In this document: piece by piece, positions 1 through 11,095 of the stretch | Position numbering within the stretch: position 1 is the first letter of the stretch | How the letters are laid out: every line of letters starts with the position of its first letter | From: Bryobacteraceae bacterium | GTDB lineage: Bacteria > Acidobacteriota > Terriglobia > Bryobacterales > Bryobacteraceae | Length of the DNA: 64,000 nucleotides | Assembly (NCBI GenBank): GCA_040081855.1 | Contig: JBEBFS010000002.1 | Coordinates: 80,497-144,496 of the forward strand | Reading direction: 5' to 3' | Made by a program: the position numbers and the translations under genes | Notes under the pieces: model-generated | What the model saw: the letters and a program-made list of their open reading frames with translations, nothing else | The model's database searches: none | What the model was told of the DNA's origin: nothing

Positions 1-1077
1 TTTCATAAAGGACGTCTCTACATTCCAATTTCCGCACTGGAGGAAGCCGCGGCAGCGGATCCCAAATTTGAGTGCTGCGTTTTCCGCGGCAGCGTTGTCG
101 CGGTGGACGCCGCAACGGGCAAACAGATCTGGCAGGGGTTCACCATTACCGAAGAGCCGAAGCCGACCAGGAAGAACAAAATCGGCGTGCAACAATATGG
201 TCCTTCCGGCGCGCCGGTTTGGAGCAGCCCGACCATCGACGAAAAGCGCAACGCGATCTACGTGACCACCGGCGATAATTACAGCGATCCGCCGACGCGC
301 ACCAGCGATGCCTTCGTGGCACTCGATATGGATACAGGCAAGATGTTGTGGTCGCGCCAGATGTCGGAAAACGACGCGTATTCCGTCGCCTGCCGCATGC
401 CGGATAAGACCAATTGCCCCGACGAAAATGGACCCGATCTCGACTTCGGCTCATCCCCGATACTCGTGACTCTCCCCAATGGCAAGCGCGCATTGGTGGC
501 CGGGCAGAAGTCCGGCGTGGTGCATGCGCTGGACCCGGATCAACAGGGTGAAGTGTTGTGGCAGACGCGCGTCGGTAAGGGCGGTTCGCTCGGCGGCATT
601 CAGTGGGGTTCCGCAGCCGATAACGCAAATGTCTACGTCGCCCTCTCGGATATTGGACGCATCGCTCTTTCCTTCACACAAAGCACGGACGCCGACCCCA
701 AAGCCGGCGGCGGCATGTTCGCGCTGCGCCTACAGGACGGCAAACAGGTTTGGCACACGCCTCCGCCCCCCTGCGGGCAGCGCGCGCGATGCAGTCCGGC
801 GCAATCCGCAGCCGTCAGCGCGATTCCCGGCGTTGCCTTTTCGGGATCGGTGGACGGCCACATTCGCGGCTATGCGACTACGAGCGGAAAGATTGTTTGG
901 GATTTTGACACCATGCGCACATACGAAACAGTGAACGGTGTTCCTGGCCGCGGCGGCGCGATGGATGGTCCCGGACCCGCAATCGCCGGTGGTATGCTGA
1001 TCGTAACTTCCGGGTACGGGCGCTGGGGTGGATTGCCCGGCAACGTTCTGCTGGCTTTCTCCATCGACGGAAAATAG
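1..1077 (+). CDS. PQQ-type beta-propeller quinoprotein dehydrogenase-like protein (5'-truncated by window edge)
   Basis: Frame 1 is open from nt 1 with no upstream stop. Repeated propeller motifs AVDAATGKQIWQ, ALDMDTGKMLWS, ALRLQDGKQVWH, TTSGKIVWD. Vicinal Cys-Cys (FECCVF) as in PQQ dehydrogenases. Confidence 0.7.
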   Translation, partial: FHKGRLYIPISALEEAAAADPKFECCVFRGSVVAVDAATGKQIWQGFTITEEPKPTRKNKIGVQQYGPSGAPVWSSPTIDEKRNAIYVTTGDNYSDPPTRTSDAFVALDMDTGKMLWSRQMSENDAYSVACRMPDKTNCPDENGPDLDFGSSPILVTLPNGKRALVAGQKSGVVHALDPDQQGEVLWQTRVGKGGSLGGIQWGSAADNANVYVALSDIGRIALSFTQSTDADPKAGGGMFALRLQDGKQVWHTPPPPCGQRARCSPAQSAAVSAIPGVAFSGSVDGHIRGYATTSGKIVWDFDTMRTYETVNGVPGRGGAMDGPGPAIAGGMLIVTSGYGRWGGLPGNVLLAFSIDGK

Positions 1078-1104
1078 CGCATAATTTCTAAGGAAAGTGA
1101 CATC

Positions 1105-1884
1105 ATGAAAAAGACCTTCGCCCTGTTCGGCAAAACGGCAACTGCGGCTGCACTGCTGCTATCGATGACGGCGCTCGCCTCCGCGCAGCCAAAGGAGATT
1201 CACGTCCTCTGCTCGAACGGCATTAAAGACGCGGTGGAGCATTCGCTCGCGGCGGCCGAAAAGAAGATCGGGCGCAAGATCAAGATCGAGTACTCCGCCT
1301 CCACGCGTTTCCAGAAAGCGATTGAAGAAGGCACCGAGTTCGATCTTACTATCCTCACGCCGGGCATCATCGATGCACTGATGAAGAGCGGCAAACTCGC
1401 AGCCGGTTCCAAGACCGATGTGGCCTCGGCCGATCTGGCCGTCGGCATGAAGGCTGGCTCGCCCAAGGCGGACATCAGCAGTCCTGACGCCATGAAGAAA
1501 CGTTTGCTCGCCGCGAAGTCCGTCACGTGGACCGACGGCGGCGCTGCCGGACCTGCGGTGATGGCGATGCTCAAGGGCCTCGGCATTGATGAGCAGATGA
1601 AGGCGAAGATCGTTCTGCAAACGGTCCCCGGCCGTCCCGCCGAAAGCGTGAAGGAAGGCCAAAACGAACTGATGATGGCGCCGGTAAGCGAGATCGGCAC
1701 CGTGCCGGGTATGGCCGTGCTGGGCTTCTTCCCGAAGGAGTATCAAAAGCCTGTCGTCATGACCGCGGGCATCTCCGCCAAAGCAAAAGACGCGGAGGGC
1801 GCGAAGGCTCTGGTGGCGTACTTGACCAGCCCCGCCGCGGCGAAAGCAATCAAAGATGCGGGCATGAAGCAGTTGACGAAGTAG
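1105..1884 (+). CDS. periplasmic substrate-binding protein, ModA/molybdate-type fold (orphan, no permease or ATPase adjacent)
   Basis: 259-aa ORF with signal peptide MKKTFALFGKTATAAALLLSMTALASA. Type-II periplasmic binding-protein-like sequence. Lies 27 nt after the PQQ-like gene. Confidence 0.6.
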   Translation: MKKTFALFGKTATAAALLLSMTALASAQPKEIHVLCSNGIKDAVEHSLAAAEKKIGRKIKIEYSASTRFQKAIEEGTEFDLTILTPGIIDALMKSGKLAAGSKTDVASADLAVGMKAGSPKADISSPDAMKKRLLAAKSVTWTDGGAAGPAVMAMLKGLGIDEQMKAKIVLQTVPGRPAESVKEGQNELMMAPVSEIGTVPGMAVLGFFPKEYQKPVVMTAGISAKAKDAEGAKALVAYLTSPAAAKAIKDAGMKQLTK

Positions 1885-1895
1885 CGCGTGCGATA

Positions 1896-2276
1896 ATGCT
1901 CTTCATGCGGAAACTTTTCCTGGCCCCGTTGCTTTCAGCGTTGCTGGCGATACCCGTTTTCGCCGGGGATTTGACGAAGATTCGCGTGGTGGTGACCACG
2001 TCTGCAGGCAAGCCTGTGGAGCGCGCCGGTGTGCGCGTCGCCTTCCAGAGCGGCCGTTCGGTCGTGAAACTGGGCAAGGCGATCCGGACGTCCTGGGAAA
2101 TGCGCACCACACAGGAAGGCATCGCCGAAATGCCGGAGTTGCCGAAGGGCAAGATCCTGATTCAGGTGAACGCGAAGAATTATCAAACCTACGGCGAAAC
2201 GTTCGATATCGACGAAGACGCACGCACCATTGAAGTGAAGTTGAATCGGCCGCAAGAGCAGTATTCGGCCCACTAG
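1896..2276 (+). CDS. secreted carboxypeptidase-regulatory-like (Ig-like beta-sandwich) domain protein
   Basis: 126-aa ORF with signal peptide (LFLAPLLSALLAIPVFAG) followed by a beta-rich domain (IRVVVTTSAGKPVERAGVRV...GKILIQVNAKNYQTY). Confidence 0.45.
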   Translation: MLFMRKLFLAPLLSALLAIPVFAGDLTKIRVVVTTSAGKPVERAGVRVAFQSGRSVVKLGKAIRTSWEMRTTQEGIAEMPELPKGKILIQVNAKNYQTYGETFDIDEDARTIEVKLNRPQEQYSAH

Positions 2277-2285
2277 CAGATCATT

Positions 2286-2307
2286 GGGCGGAGCGACTGC
2301 TCCGCCC
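2286..2307. terminator. perfect 9-bp stem / 4-nt loop hairpin between convergent genes (no U-tract)
   Basis: GGGCGGAGC-gact-GCTCCGCCC, located between the stop at 2276 (+) and the stop at 2313 (-). Confidence 0.4.
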
Positions 2308-2312
2308 GTTCC

Positions 2313-2693
2313 CTAATCCACCTCGGCAATGCAATCAATCTCTACGCGCACATCGCGCGGGAGCCTTGCCGCTTCTACCGTCGCGCGGGCGGGCGGATTC
2401 GAAGGGAAATAGCCCGCGTAAACTTCGTTCATCTTCGCGAACTCACCCATATCCTTGAGATAGACGTTGGTTTTGACCACACGACCAAGAGACGACCCAC
2501 AGGCCTCCAACACGGCCTTCAGATTCTCCAGCACGCGCGCGGTCTGGGCCGCGATGTCGCCCTGCACCAGTTGGCCGCTCCCAGGGTCCAACGGAATCTG
2601 TCCACTCAAATAAGCGAAGCCTTTCGAAACCACGGCCTGCGAGTACGGTCCAATCGCTTTGGGTGCGCCGTCCGTCGAAACTACCTTGGGCAT
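2313..2693 (-). CDS. ridA: RidA/YjgF family reactive-intermediate deaminase
   Basis: [22 protein letters not shown]...VEIDCIAEV is a canonical RidA sequence. I chose the internal ATG at 2693; the longer ORF to 2858 has a non-protein-like N-terminus. Confidence 0.9.
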   Translation of the reverse strand: MPKVVSTDGAPKAIGPYSQAVVSKGFAYLSGQIPLDPGSGQLVQGDIAAQTARVLENLKAVLEACGSSLGRVVKTNVYLKDMGEFAKMNEVYAGYFPSNPPARATVEAARLPRDVRVEIDCIAEVD

Positions 2694-2703
2694 GTTTGCT
2701 CCT

Positions 2704-3687
2704 TTACTTTTTCCGGAATTCGAGAGTGCCAACCAGTTCGCGCGCATTCGCGACACCCACTTCCTGACAGAACTGGTCGAGTTCGCGGGCGATGCGCACG
2801 GGAGCCGTCGGGTCCCAGAAATTCGAGGTTCCCACCTCCACCGCGCTTGCTCCGGCAATCAAAAATTCCGCGGCGTCTTCACCCGTCGAGATGCCACCCA
2901 GACCCACCACCGGAATCTTCACCGCCTGCGCCGCTTCCCAAACGAGGCGAAGTGCAATCGGTTTGATCGCAGGGCCGGAGAGTCCGCCGAATCCATTCCC
3001 CAACCTGGGCCTTCGGGTGCGGGCGTCAATCGCCAAAGCAACAAATGTGTTCACCAGCGAGACCGCATTCGCGCCGGAATCTTCCGCGGCTTTGGCGATG
3101 GGCTCAATCTTGGCCACATTGGGAGAAAGCTTCACGATAAGCGGTCGATTGGTGACCTTTCGGACCGAACCAACCACCTCAGCGAGCAACATGGGATCGT
3201 TTGAAAAGAACATGCCGCCATGTTTTGTATTAGGGCAGGAAACGTTCAGCTCGTAGGCGGCGATTCCTTCGGCATCTTCCAGCACGCGCGCCACTTCGGC
3301 GTAATCTTCCACGGCGTAGCCGAACACGTTGGCAATCACCGTCGCGCCGGTTTGCCGCAATGCCGGCAATTTCTCCGCGATGAAGGCCCGGACCCCGATG
3401 TTCTGCAACCCGATGGAGTTCATCATCCCGGATTCCGTTTCAAACAGACGCGGCGCCGGGTTACCGTCCATCGGTTCGCGGGAGAGCCCCTTCGTAATCA
3501 CCGCACCGATGTCCCGCAGATCCACCATGCCAGCGAGTTCGATGCCATAGGCATACGTGCCCGAGGCTGCCAAGACGGGCGTCCGCATGGGAATGCCACA
3601 AAGAGTAGTTTGGAGCCGGTTGGAGAGGGCTGAGGGCACTATGTCACAGAATAGCAGTGCCTTGGAACCGAATTCTATTTCCCGCAT
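2704..3687 (-). CDS. pyrD: dihydroorotate dehydrogenase (class 1)
   Basis: Motifs [54 protein letters not shown]. Start uncertain: ATG 3687 chosen, ORF open to 3801, GTG near 3627 also possible. Confidence 0.85.
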   Translation of the reverse strand: MREIEFGSKALLFCDIVPSALSNRLQTTLCGIPMRTPVLAASGTYAYGIELAGMVDLRDIGAVITKGLSREPMDGNPAPRLFETESGMMNSIGLQNIGVRAFIAEKLPALRQTGATVIANVFGYAVEDYAEVARVLEDAEGIAAYELNVSCPNTKHGGMFFSNDPMLLAEVVGSVRKVTNRPLIVKLSPNVAKIEPIAKAAEDSGANAVSLVNTFVALAIDARTRRPRLGNGFGGLSGPAIKPIALRLVWEAAQAVKIPVVGLGGISTGEDAAEFLIAGASAVEVGTSNFWDPTAPVRIARELDQFCQEVGVANARELVGTLEFRKK

Positions 3688-3746
3688 CAACCGCGAGGTG
3701 CCACCCGCATACAGACATACCAACAAAGTATTAAGGTCTTCACCCG

Positions 3747-5711
3747 ATGTTATGTCAGACAGAAACAGCAGAGTATGAAATCGTGGCGGCTCAACCCACA
3801 AGCAAGCACCGGACTTTGTCGTCGAAGTTCTCGACGTTGTCAGCCATACTCCTACTGTGGGTGGTGGCCATTGCGGTGTTCTGGGACGTTCGCTCCCATG
3901 CCTTCCAGCTCTGGAAGGCGTTGACGCTTTGCGGCATCGTCGGATTGGTGGCGGGTGCCATCTCTCGATTCACCATTTCCGTCTTAACGCGCCCTCTCTC
4001 CCTGTTGCAAGAAGGCATCACGTCGGTACGTGAGGGTAAATTCGAGCGCATTCAGGTGAGCCGTACCGACGACGAAATCGAGGACCTTGGGCACAGCTTC
4101 AACCATATGATTGATGAGCTGACAAAGTCCCACGAGGAAATTCGTCAGCACCGCGATCTCTTGGAAGAACGCATCCGCCAGCGCACCGAGGACTTGGAGC
4201 AAGCCTTGCGCGCCGCGCTCTCCGCAAGCCAGGCCAAAAGCGAGTTCCTGGCGAACATGTCTCACGAACTCCGCACGCCGATGAACGGCCTGCTTGGCAT
4301 GATGGACGCCGTCCTTGATAGTCCGCTCGATCTCGAACAGAGGGATCAACTGGAAACCGCGCAGCGCAGCGCCTACGCGCTGCTGGCGTTGCTCAACGAC
4401 ATTCTGGATCTTTCCAAAATCGAAGCCGGCAAGATGGTGCTGGAAAAGATCCCGTTCAACATCACGATGGTCATTTCCGATTGCGTCAAGGCACATCAAG
4501 CCAAGGCGCTACAGAAACACATTGCGCTGCGCTTCGAATGCGAGAGCGGAACACCCAGCGAGATCTTGAGCGATCCGCTGCGCATCCGCCAAATTGTGAC
4601 CAATCTGCTTTCGAATGCCATCAAGTTCACCGATGCCGGTTGGATTACAGTTCGTCTGTCCGGCAAAGCGCTCTCGGCCGACAACGTCGAAATGAGGATA
4701 GAAGTCAGCGATACCGGTACGGGCATCGAAGCCGACAAGCTAGCCACCATCTTCGATAAGTTCACGCAGGCCGACGGCAGCATCACCCGCAAGTACGGAG
4801 GAACGGGGCTGGGATTGGCGATCACACGCCGGTTGGCGGAGATGCTGGGCGGCGAAGCCCGTGTGGAAAGCAAGGTTGGCCAGGGCAGTAAATTCACCGT
4901 CACAATTCCGTCTGAAGCCGCGCAGCCGGCGGCTGTTGCCGCGGCCACGCCGAAGTTCGCGTCCGGTTATGCGTCAGGCAAGGTGCGTTCGGCGCGCCTC
5001 CTCCTTGTCGAGGACAACCTGATCAATCAGAAGGTTGTCCTCGCGGTTCTGCGCAAGTATCCCTACAAGATTGACGTTGCGAACAACGGCCAGGAGGCCA
5101 TCGAGAAACTGGAACAAGCGGGCAGCCTGTACGACCTTGTTTTGATGGACGTGCAGATGCCAGTGCTCGACGGCCTGGAAACCACGCGCCTCATCCGGCG
5201 GGATGCGCGTTGGGAAACGCTGCCCATCATCGCAATGACCGCGCACGCCATGAACGGCGATCGCGAACGTTGCCTGCAGGCGGGCATGAGCGGCTACGTC
5301 TCTAAGCCGGTGCAACCGGCACACCTTCTATCGACCATCGAGCACCACTTGAACACCGCCGTGCACGAGCCGACGCCGCTTTCCGGCACGCCGATTGAAC
5401 GCGCTCTGACCGACCGGCTAATGGCGCAGGACTCCGGGATGGTCACCGATCTACTCAACGTGTTCCTGCAACTCGCGCCCGAGCGGCTGGACCGTTTGGA
5501 AGCGGCAGCCGAAGGCTCCGACGCAACGAAGCTGGCAGCGGAAGCGCGCAAGATTGCATCGGCAGCGGAGCAGCTCACCACCCCCGAACTCGGCGCGTGC
5601 GCACACAGGCTGGAACTGGCGGCATCCTCCGGCGATTTCGAAAGTGCGAAAAAAGACCTCGAACGTCTGCGCGAAGAGATCCGGGCACTGGAACAATTCG
5701 CGAGTTCCTAG
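3747..5711 (+). CDS. hybrid sensor histidine kinase/response regulator (TM-HAMP-HisKA-HATPase-REC-HPt-like)
   Basis: H-box SHELRTPMNG, N-box LLSNAIKFT, G-boxes DTGTGI and GGTGLGLAI, receiver LVLMDVQMPVLDG...SKP, C-terminal four-helix HPt-like tail. Confidence 0.9.
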   Translation: MLCQTETAEYEIVAAQPTSKHRTLSSKFSTLSAILLLWVVAIAVFWDVRSHAFQLWKALTLCGIVGLVAGAISRFTISVLTRPLSLLQEGITSVREGKFERIQVSRTDDEIEDLGHSFNHMIDELTKSHEEIRQHRDLLEERIRQRTEDLEQALRAALSASQAKSEFLANMSHELRTPMNGLLGMMDAVLDSPLDLEQRDQLETAQRSAYALLALLNDILDLSKIEAGKMVLEKIPFNITMVISDCVKAHQAKALQKHIALRFECESGTPSEILSDPLRIRQIVTNLLSNAIKFTDAGWITVRLSGKALSADNVEMRIEVSDTGTGIEADKLATIFDKFTQADGSITRKYGGTGLGLAITRRLAEMLGGEARVESKVGQGSKFTVTIPSEAAQPAAVAAATPKFASGYASGKVRSARLLLVEDNLINQKVVLAVLRKYPYKIDVANNGQEAIEKLEQAGSLYDLVLMDVQMPVLDGLETTRLIRRDARWETLPIIAMTAHAMNGDRERCLQAGMSGYVSKPVQPAHLLSTIEHHLNTAVHEPTPLSGTPIERALTDRLMAQDSGMVTDLLNVFLQLAPERLDRLEAAAEGSDATKLAAEARKIASAAEQLTTPELGACAHRLELAASSGDFESAKKDLERLREEIRALEQFASS

Positions 5712-6367
5712 AACACTCGCCGCGACAAGCGGCTTAGGCTGAACTTCGCGGTTTCGGCAACCGCCATCACAGTCATGACGCCTGCCTGAACGGGATCGGT
5801 CACCACCAGATCCGCGGCGTCCGGCACGCTGCCTGCCATGTTGAGGCTCACCACCATCAGGCCTTGAGCACGTACTTCGCGCACGGCCTGTTCGATGTCG
5901 CCGCCCATCAGCGATCCCGCCATAACGATGGCTTTGACACGCGGCAGTCTGGACGTGGCGCGTACAGCGGCCGCGAGCGTTTGCTCGCCTACCAGCGGAA
6001 TCGTATCCACGGATATGTGTTCGCCGCGGATATTGTGGCGGTCGGCTTCGAGAATCGCGCCCAGCGCCACTTGGCCTACTTGTGCGCCGCCGCCGATGAT
6101 GATGATGCGCTTGCCGTAGATCTTCTCCATCGTCTCGACTTGCTCGGCATGCGTCACCACAGGCAGAGCGCGAAGCGCGTTAATCATTTCCGCCGGATCG
6201 CTCTGGACCTCAATCTCGAAGTACGTGCGCGCGGAGGGCGCCTTCTCCTCGATGATCTCGACGCTCAGAATGTTGCCGCTGTGCCGCGCAATCACGCCCG
6301 TCACCTCATGCAGAATGCCAGGGCCGGAAGCCGCCGTGATTTCGATCCCGATTTTGCGTGTCTGCAT
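5708..6367 (-). CDS. ACT domain-containing protein with C-terminal uncharacterised (DUF5612-like) domain
   Basis: N-terminal ACT-like IGIEITAASGPGILHEVTGVIARHSGNILSVEI. Followed by a Rossmann-like GKRIIIIGGGAQVGQ segment. Confidence 0.6.
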   Translation of the reverse strand: MQTRKIGIEITAASGPGILHEVTGVIARHSGNILSVEIIEEKAPSARTYFEIEVQSDPAEMINALRALPVVTHAEQVETMEKIYGKRIIIIGGGAQVGQVALGAILEADRHNIRGEHISVDTIPLVGEQTLAAAVRATSRLPRVKAIVMAGSLMGGDIEQAVREVRAQGLMVVSLNMAGSVPDAADLVVTDPVQAGVMTVMAVAETAKFSLSRLSRRVF

Positions 6368-6379
6368 CGTCTTCGGCCG

Positions 6380-6949
6380 CTAACCGGCCACCTCATACTT
6401 CTTCAGAATATCGGCCCAGCGCCCTTGCGATCTGAGCAGCAACTCCACCACTTCACGGATTGCACCGTGACCTCCGCGCTCCGCCGTCACATGATGAGCC
6501 GCCTGCTTTACCTCAGGCCGCGCATTTGCCGGAGCGATAGCCAGTCCAGCGCGGCGAAAGAGAACAACGTCGGTGAGATCGTCGCCTACAAAGGCGATTT
6601 CCTCCGGAGAAACGCCGCTTTTTGCCACAATTTCTTCGAAGATCGGAATCTTCTCGATGTGTCCCTGATACACGTACGTCATGCCGACGTGCTTCGAACG
6701 CTCGGTTGTCGCGGGCGAAACGCGTCCGCTGATGACACCCGTTTGAATGCCGTACCACGTGAGCCACTTGAGCGCGATCCCGTCCTGCGTATTGAAACCC
6801 TTGGTTTCCATCGTGCTACCGTCCGGCGCGGTGAAGTAATACAGCGTGCCATCGGTGAGCACACCGTCCACGTCCATTAACAAAAGGCGAATGCGCGAAG
6901 CGCGCTGGATCAATTCGGGAGAAAGGTCGGATATGAGGTCGGAGGCCAT
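6380..6949 (-). CDS. kdsC: 3-deoxy-D-manno-octulosonate 8-phosphate phosphatase (HAD-IIIA, YrbI family)
   Basis: LLLMDVDGVLTDG, FNTQDGIALKWL, FVGDDLTDV, and a KdsC-like C-terminus GGHGAIREVVELLL. Confidence 0.85.
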   Translation of the reverse strand: MASDLISDLSPELIQRASRIRLLLMDVDGVLTDGTLYYFTAPDGSTMETKGFNTQDGIALKWLTWYGIQTGVISGRVSPATTERSKHVGMTYVYQGHIEKIPIFEEIVAKSGVSPEEIAFVGDDLTDVVLFRRAGLAIAPANARPEVKQAAHHVTAERGGHGAIREVVELLLRSQGRWADILKKYEVAG

Positions 6950-6963
6950 GTCAGACTGAGTAG

Positions 6964-8370
6964 TTGGGAATACCCGCGATGGACGCGGTACGCAAGAACA
7001 TTACCCGTTATAACATGCTGGCTCCCGGTACCCGCGTCGCTGTTGCGGTTTCCGGAGGCCCGGACTCCGTGTGCCTGCTGCACGTGCTCGCCGCCATCGC
7101 TCCGGAGTTGGGCCTGACCCTTTCGGTCGCGCATTTCAATCACAAACTGCGCGGTGAGGATTCCGAACTCGACGAGCGTTTCGTCGCGCAACTCGCCGAA
7201 AAACTCGCGGTCCCATTCCATTGCGATTCGGCGGATCTTAAACAGCACTCGGGCAACTTGGAGCAGGCGGCTCGCCGTGCCCGCCGTGCGTTTTTTGCTC
7301 GCCTGATCAAAGAAGGACTCATCGATAAAGTGGCACTCGGCCATACCCGCGACGATCAGGCCGAAACCGTTTTGTTCCGCTTGCTCCGCGGCTCCGGTCT
7401 AACAGGACTCGCAGGTATTCTCCCCGTCACCGCCGATGGCGTCATCCGTCCGCTGATCGGTATCACTCGAAAAGACGTGCTGGAGTATCTGACATCGCAA
7501 GGCATCCGCTGGCGCGAAGACGCATCGAACCTGGAGCCGCGCTTCGCCCGCAACCGCATCCGCCATTCCCTGCTCCCGCAGTTGAGCAAAGATTGGAATC
7601 CAAACCTTTCCGAATCCCTGGCGCATCTCGCCGACCTCGCGTATGAAGAGGAGCGCGTGTGGGCGGACATTGTCAACCGGGCGGCCGCCGAATCGTTCGA
7701 GCAGCGTGTCGGCGGGGTTGAGTTCACCTGCGAGTCTGTTCTCCGTTTTCCGAAAGCTCTCCGGCGCCGCTTGATTCGCCGCGCAATTGCCGATACCAGA
7801 GGCGATTTGCGTCGAATTGAATACGAACACGTCGAAGTAGTCCTAGAACTTCTGAAACGGAAATCCGGCGGCGGACGGCGCCGCCTGCCGGGCTTGTTGG
7901 CGCAGCGCTCGTTTGAGTGGATGCGGCTCGAAGGCGGGCAATCCGCATCTCCACTTCAGGAAACGCAGCTTGAAATTCCCGGAAGCTACCCCATTGATGG
8001 CGATAACACACTGATCCGTCTGGAGTTGTTTGACGGGCCAAGCGCGCCCAACCCCTGTGTTAACCTGAAGGCAACGGAGTTGTATTTGGGCGATCTAACA
8101 TCGCCGTTGGTCTTGGACGGCCCGTTGGTTTTGCGCGGATGGAGATCTGGCGACCACTACTGGCCCGCGGGTGATTCCCGTGAACGGACCATTCAGGAAT
8201 TGTTTCAATCGGCACGTGTCCCCTCATGGCGAAGGCGTGACTGGCCGATGATTACGTGTGGGACTAAGATCCTGTGGATCAGGCAGTTCGGCGTTGCAAA
8301 AGAGTTTGCGGCCGGTGCCCGGAGCGGAAGAATTCTTCGGGTAGCGGAGATAGTAGCCGGAGGAAAATGA
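6964..8370 (+). CDS. tilS: tRNA(Ile)-lysidine synthetase
   Basis: PP-loop VAVAVSGGPDSVCLLH, LGHTRDDQAETVLFRLLRGSG, C-terminal TilS substrate domain. The ORF begins with TTG at 6964; ATG at 6979 is an alternative start. Confidence 0.9.
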   Translation: MGIPAMDAVRKNITRYNMLAPGTRVAVAVSGGPDSVCLLHVLAAIAPELGLTLSVAHFNHKLRGEDSELDERFVAQLAEKLAVPFHCDSADLKQHSGNLEQAARRARRAFFARLIKEGLIDKVALGHTRDDQAETVLFRLLRGSGLTGLAGILPVTADGVIRPLIGITRKDVLEYLTSQGIRWREDASNLEPRFARNRIRHSLLPQLSKDWNPNLSESLAHLADLAYEEERVWADIVNRAAAESFEQRVGGVEFTCESVLRFPKALRRRLIRRAIADTRGDLRRIEYEHVEVVLELLKRKSGGGRRRLPGLLAQRSFEWMRLEGGQSASPLQETQLEIPGSYPIDGDNTLIRLELFDGPSAPNPCVNLKATELYLGDLTSPLVLDGPLVLRGWRSGDHYWPAGDSRERTIQELFQSARVPSWRRRDWPMITCGTKILWIRQFGVAKEFAAGARSGRILRVAEIVAGGK

Positions 8371-8456
8371 ATCTTTCTTCGGATAATTCTCGTCTTTGGT
8401 AGTAGCTGCACTTGCAGTTTGCCGGTTCTCCGGCACTGTGCGGTATGGGAGATTTC

Positions 8457-10373
<1,917 letters not shown>

Positions 10374-10398
10374 CAAGTCCGTAGTAATGGAACGAAAA

Positions 10399-10428
10399 GG
10401 GGCGGCTCCGGCCGGCCCCTTTTTCTTT
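10399..10428 (+). terminator. rho-independent terminator after ftsH
   Basis: GGGGCGGC-tccg-GCCGGCCCC (one bulge) followed by TTTTTCTTT. Confidence 0.6.
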
Positions 10429-10457
10429 AGCCAGGTCCCGAATTCACCAGATTCAAC

Positions 10458-11090
10458 ATGATTCCCGCTTTCCCCGTTTACTTGTTCGACGTCGACGGCA
10501 CGCTGCTCGATTCCCAGCTGGATATCTGCGGCGCCATTCTCACCGTGTTCGCCAATCGCGGCCGCACCGACGTCACACATGAAATGCTGGTGCCTTACAT
10601 TGGCCGCCACCTGCTTGAGGAGTTTGCCGAACTCGGGTTCAAGCAGGAGGAACTGGAAGAAATGCTCGTCGAGTATCGCCAGGTGTACCCCCAGCGCAGA
10701 CACGCAAACACGTTTGTCTATCACGGCATCCCCGACGTCCTCACGCGCCTGGGAGGCAGGAAATCAACGGCTACCACCAAAGGCACGCCAACCACGAAAG
10801 CTGTGCTCGACCAGTTTCAGCTGATCTCACACTTCGATCACATCCAGGGAACCGATGGTTTCCCGGCTAAACCCGAGCCGAACGTTCTTTTCAAATCGCT
10901 CGAAGCCTTGGGCGTCCGCCCTGAGGACTGCCTGTTTATTGGCGATTCGCCCTCCGACATGGAGGCCGGCCGCCGCGCCGGCATCCGCACATGCGCGGTC
11001 ACCTGGGGCTATGGCGACCCGGAGGAGTTAGCGAAATTCAGACCAGACTTCTGGGCGCATTCGGCTTACGATTTGCTGCCGGAATACTAA
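10458..11090 (+). CDS. HAD-superfamily hydrolase (phosphoglycolate phosphatase-like)
   Basis: Motif I FDVDGTLLDS, motif II STATTK, motif IV GDSPSDMEAGRRAG. Confidence 0.75.
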   Translation: MIPAFPVYLFDVDGTLLDSQLDICGAILTVFANRGRTDVTHEMLVPYIGRHLLEEFAELGFKQEELEEMLVEYRQVYPQRRHANTFVYHGIPDVLTRLGGRKSTATTKGTPTTKAVLDQFQLISHFDHIQGTDGFPAKPEPNVLFKSLEALGVRPEDCLFIGDSPSDMEAGRRAGIRTCAVTWGYGDPEELAKFRPDFWAHSAYDLLPEY

Positions 11091-11095
11091 AACCC

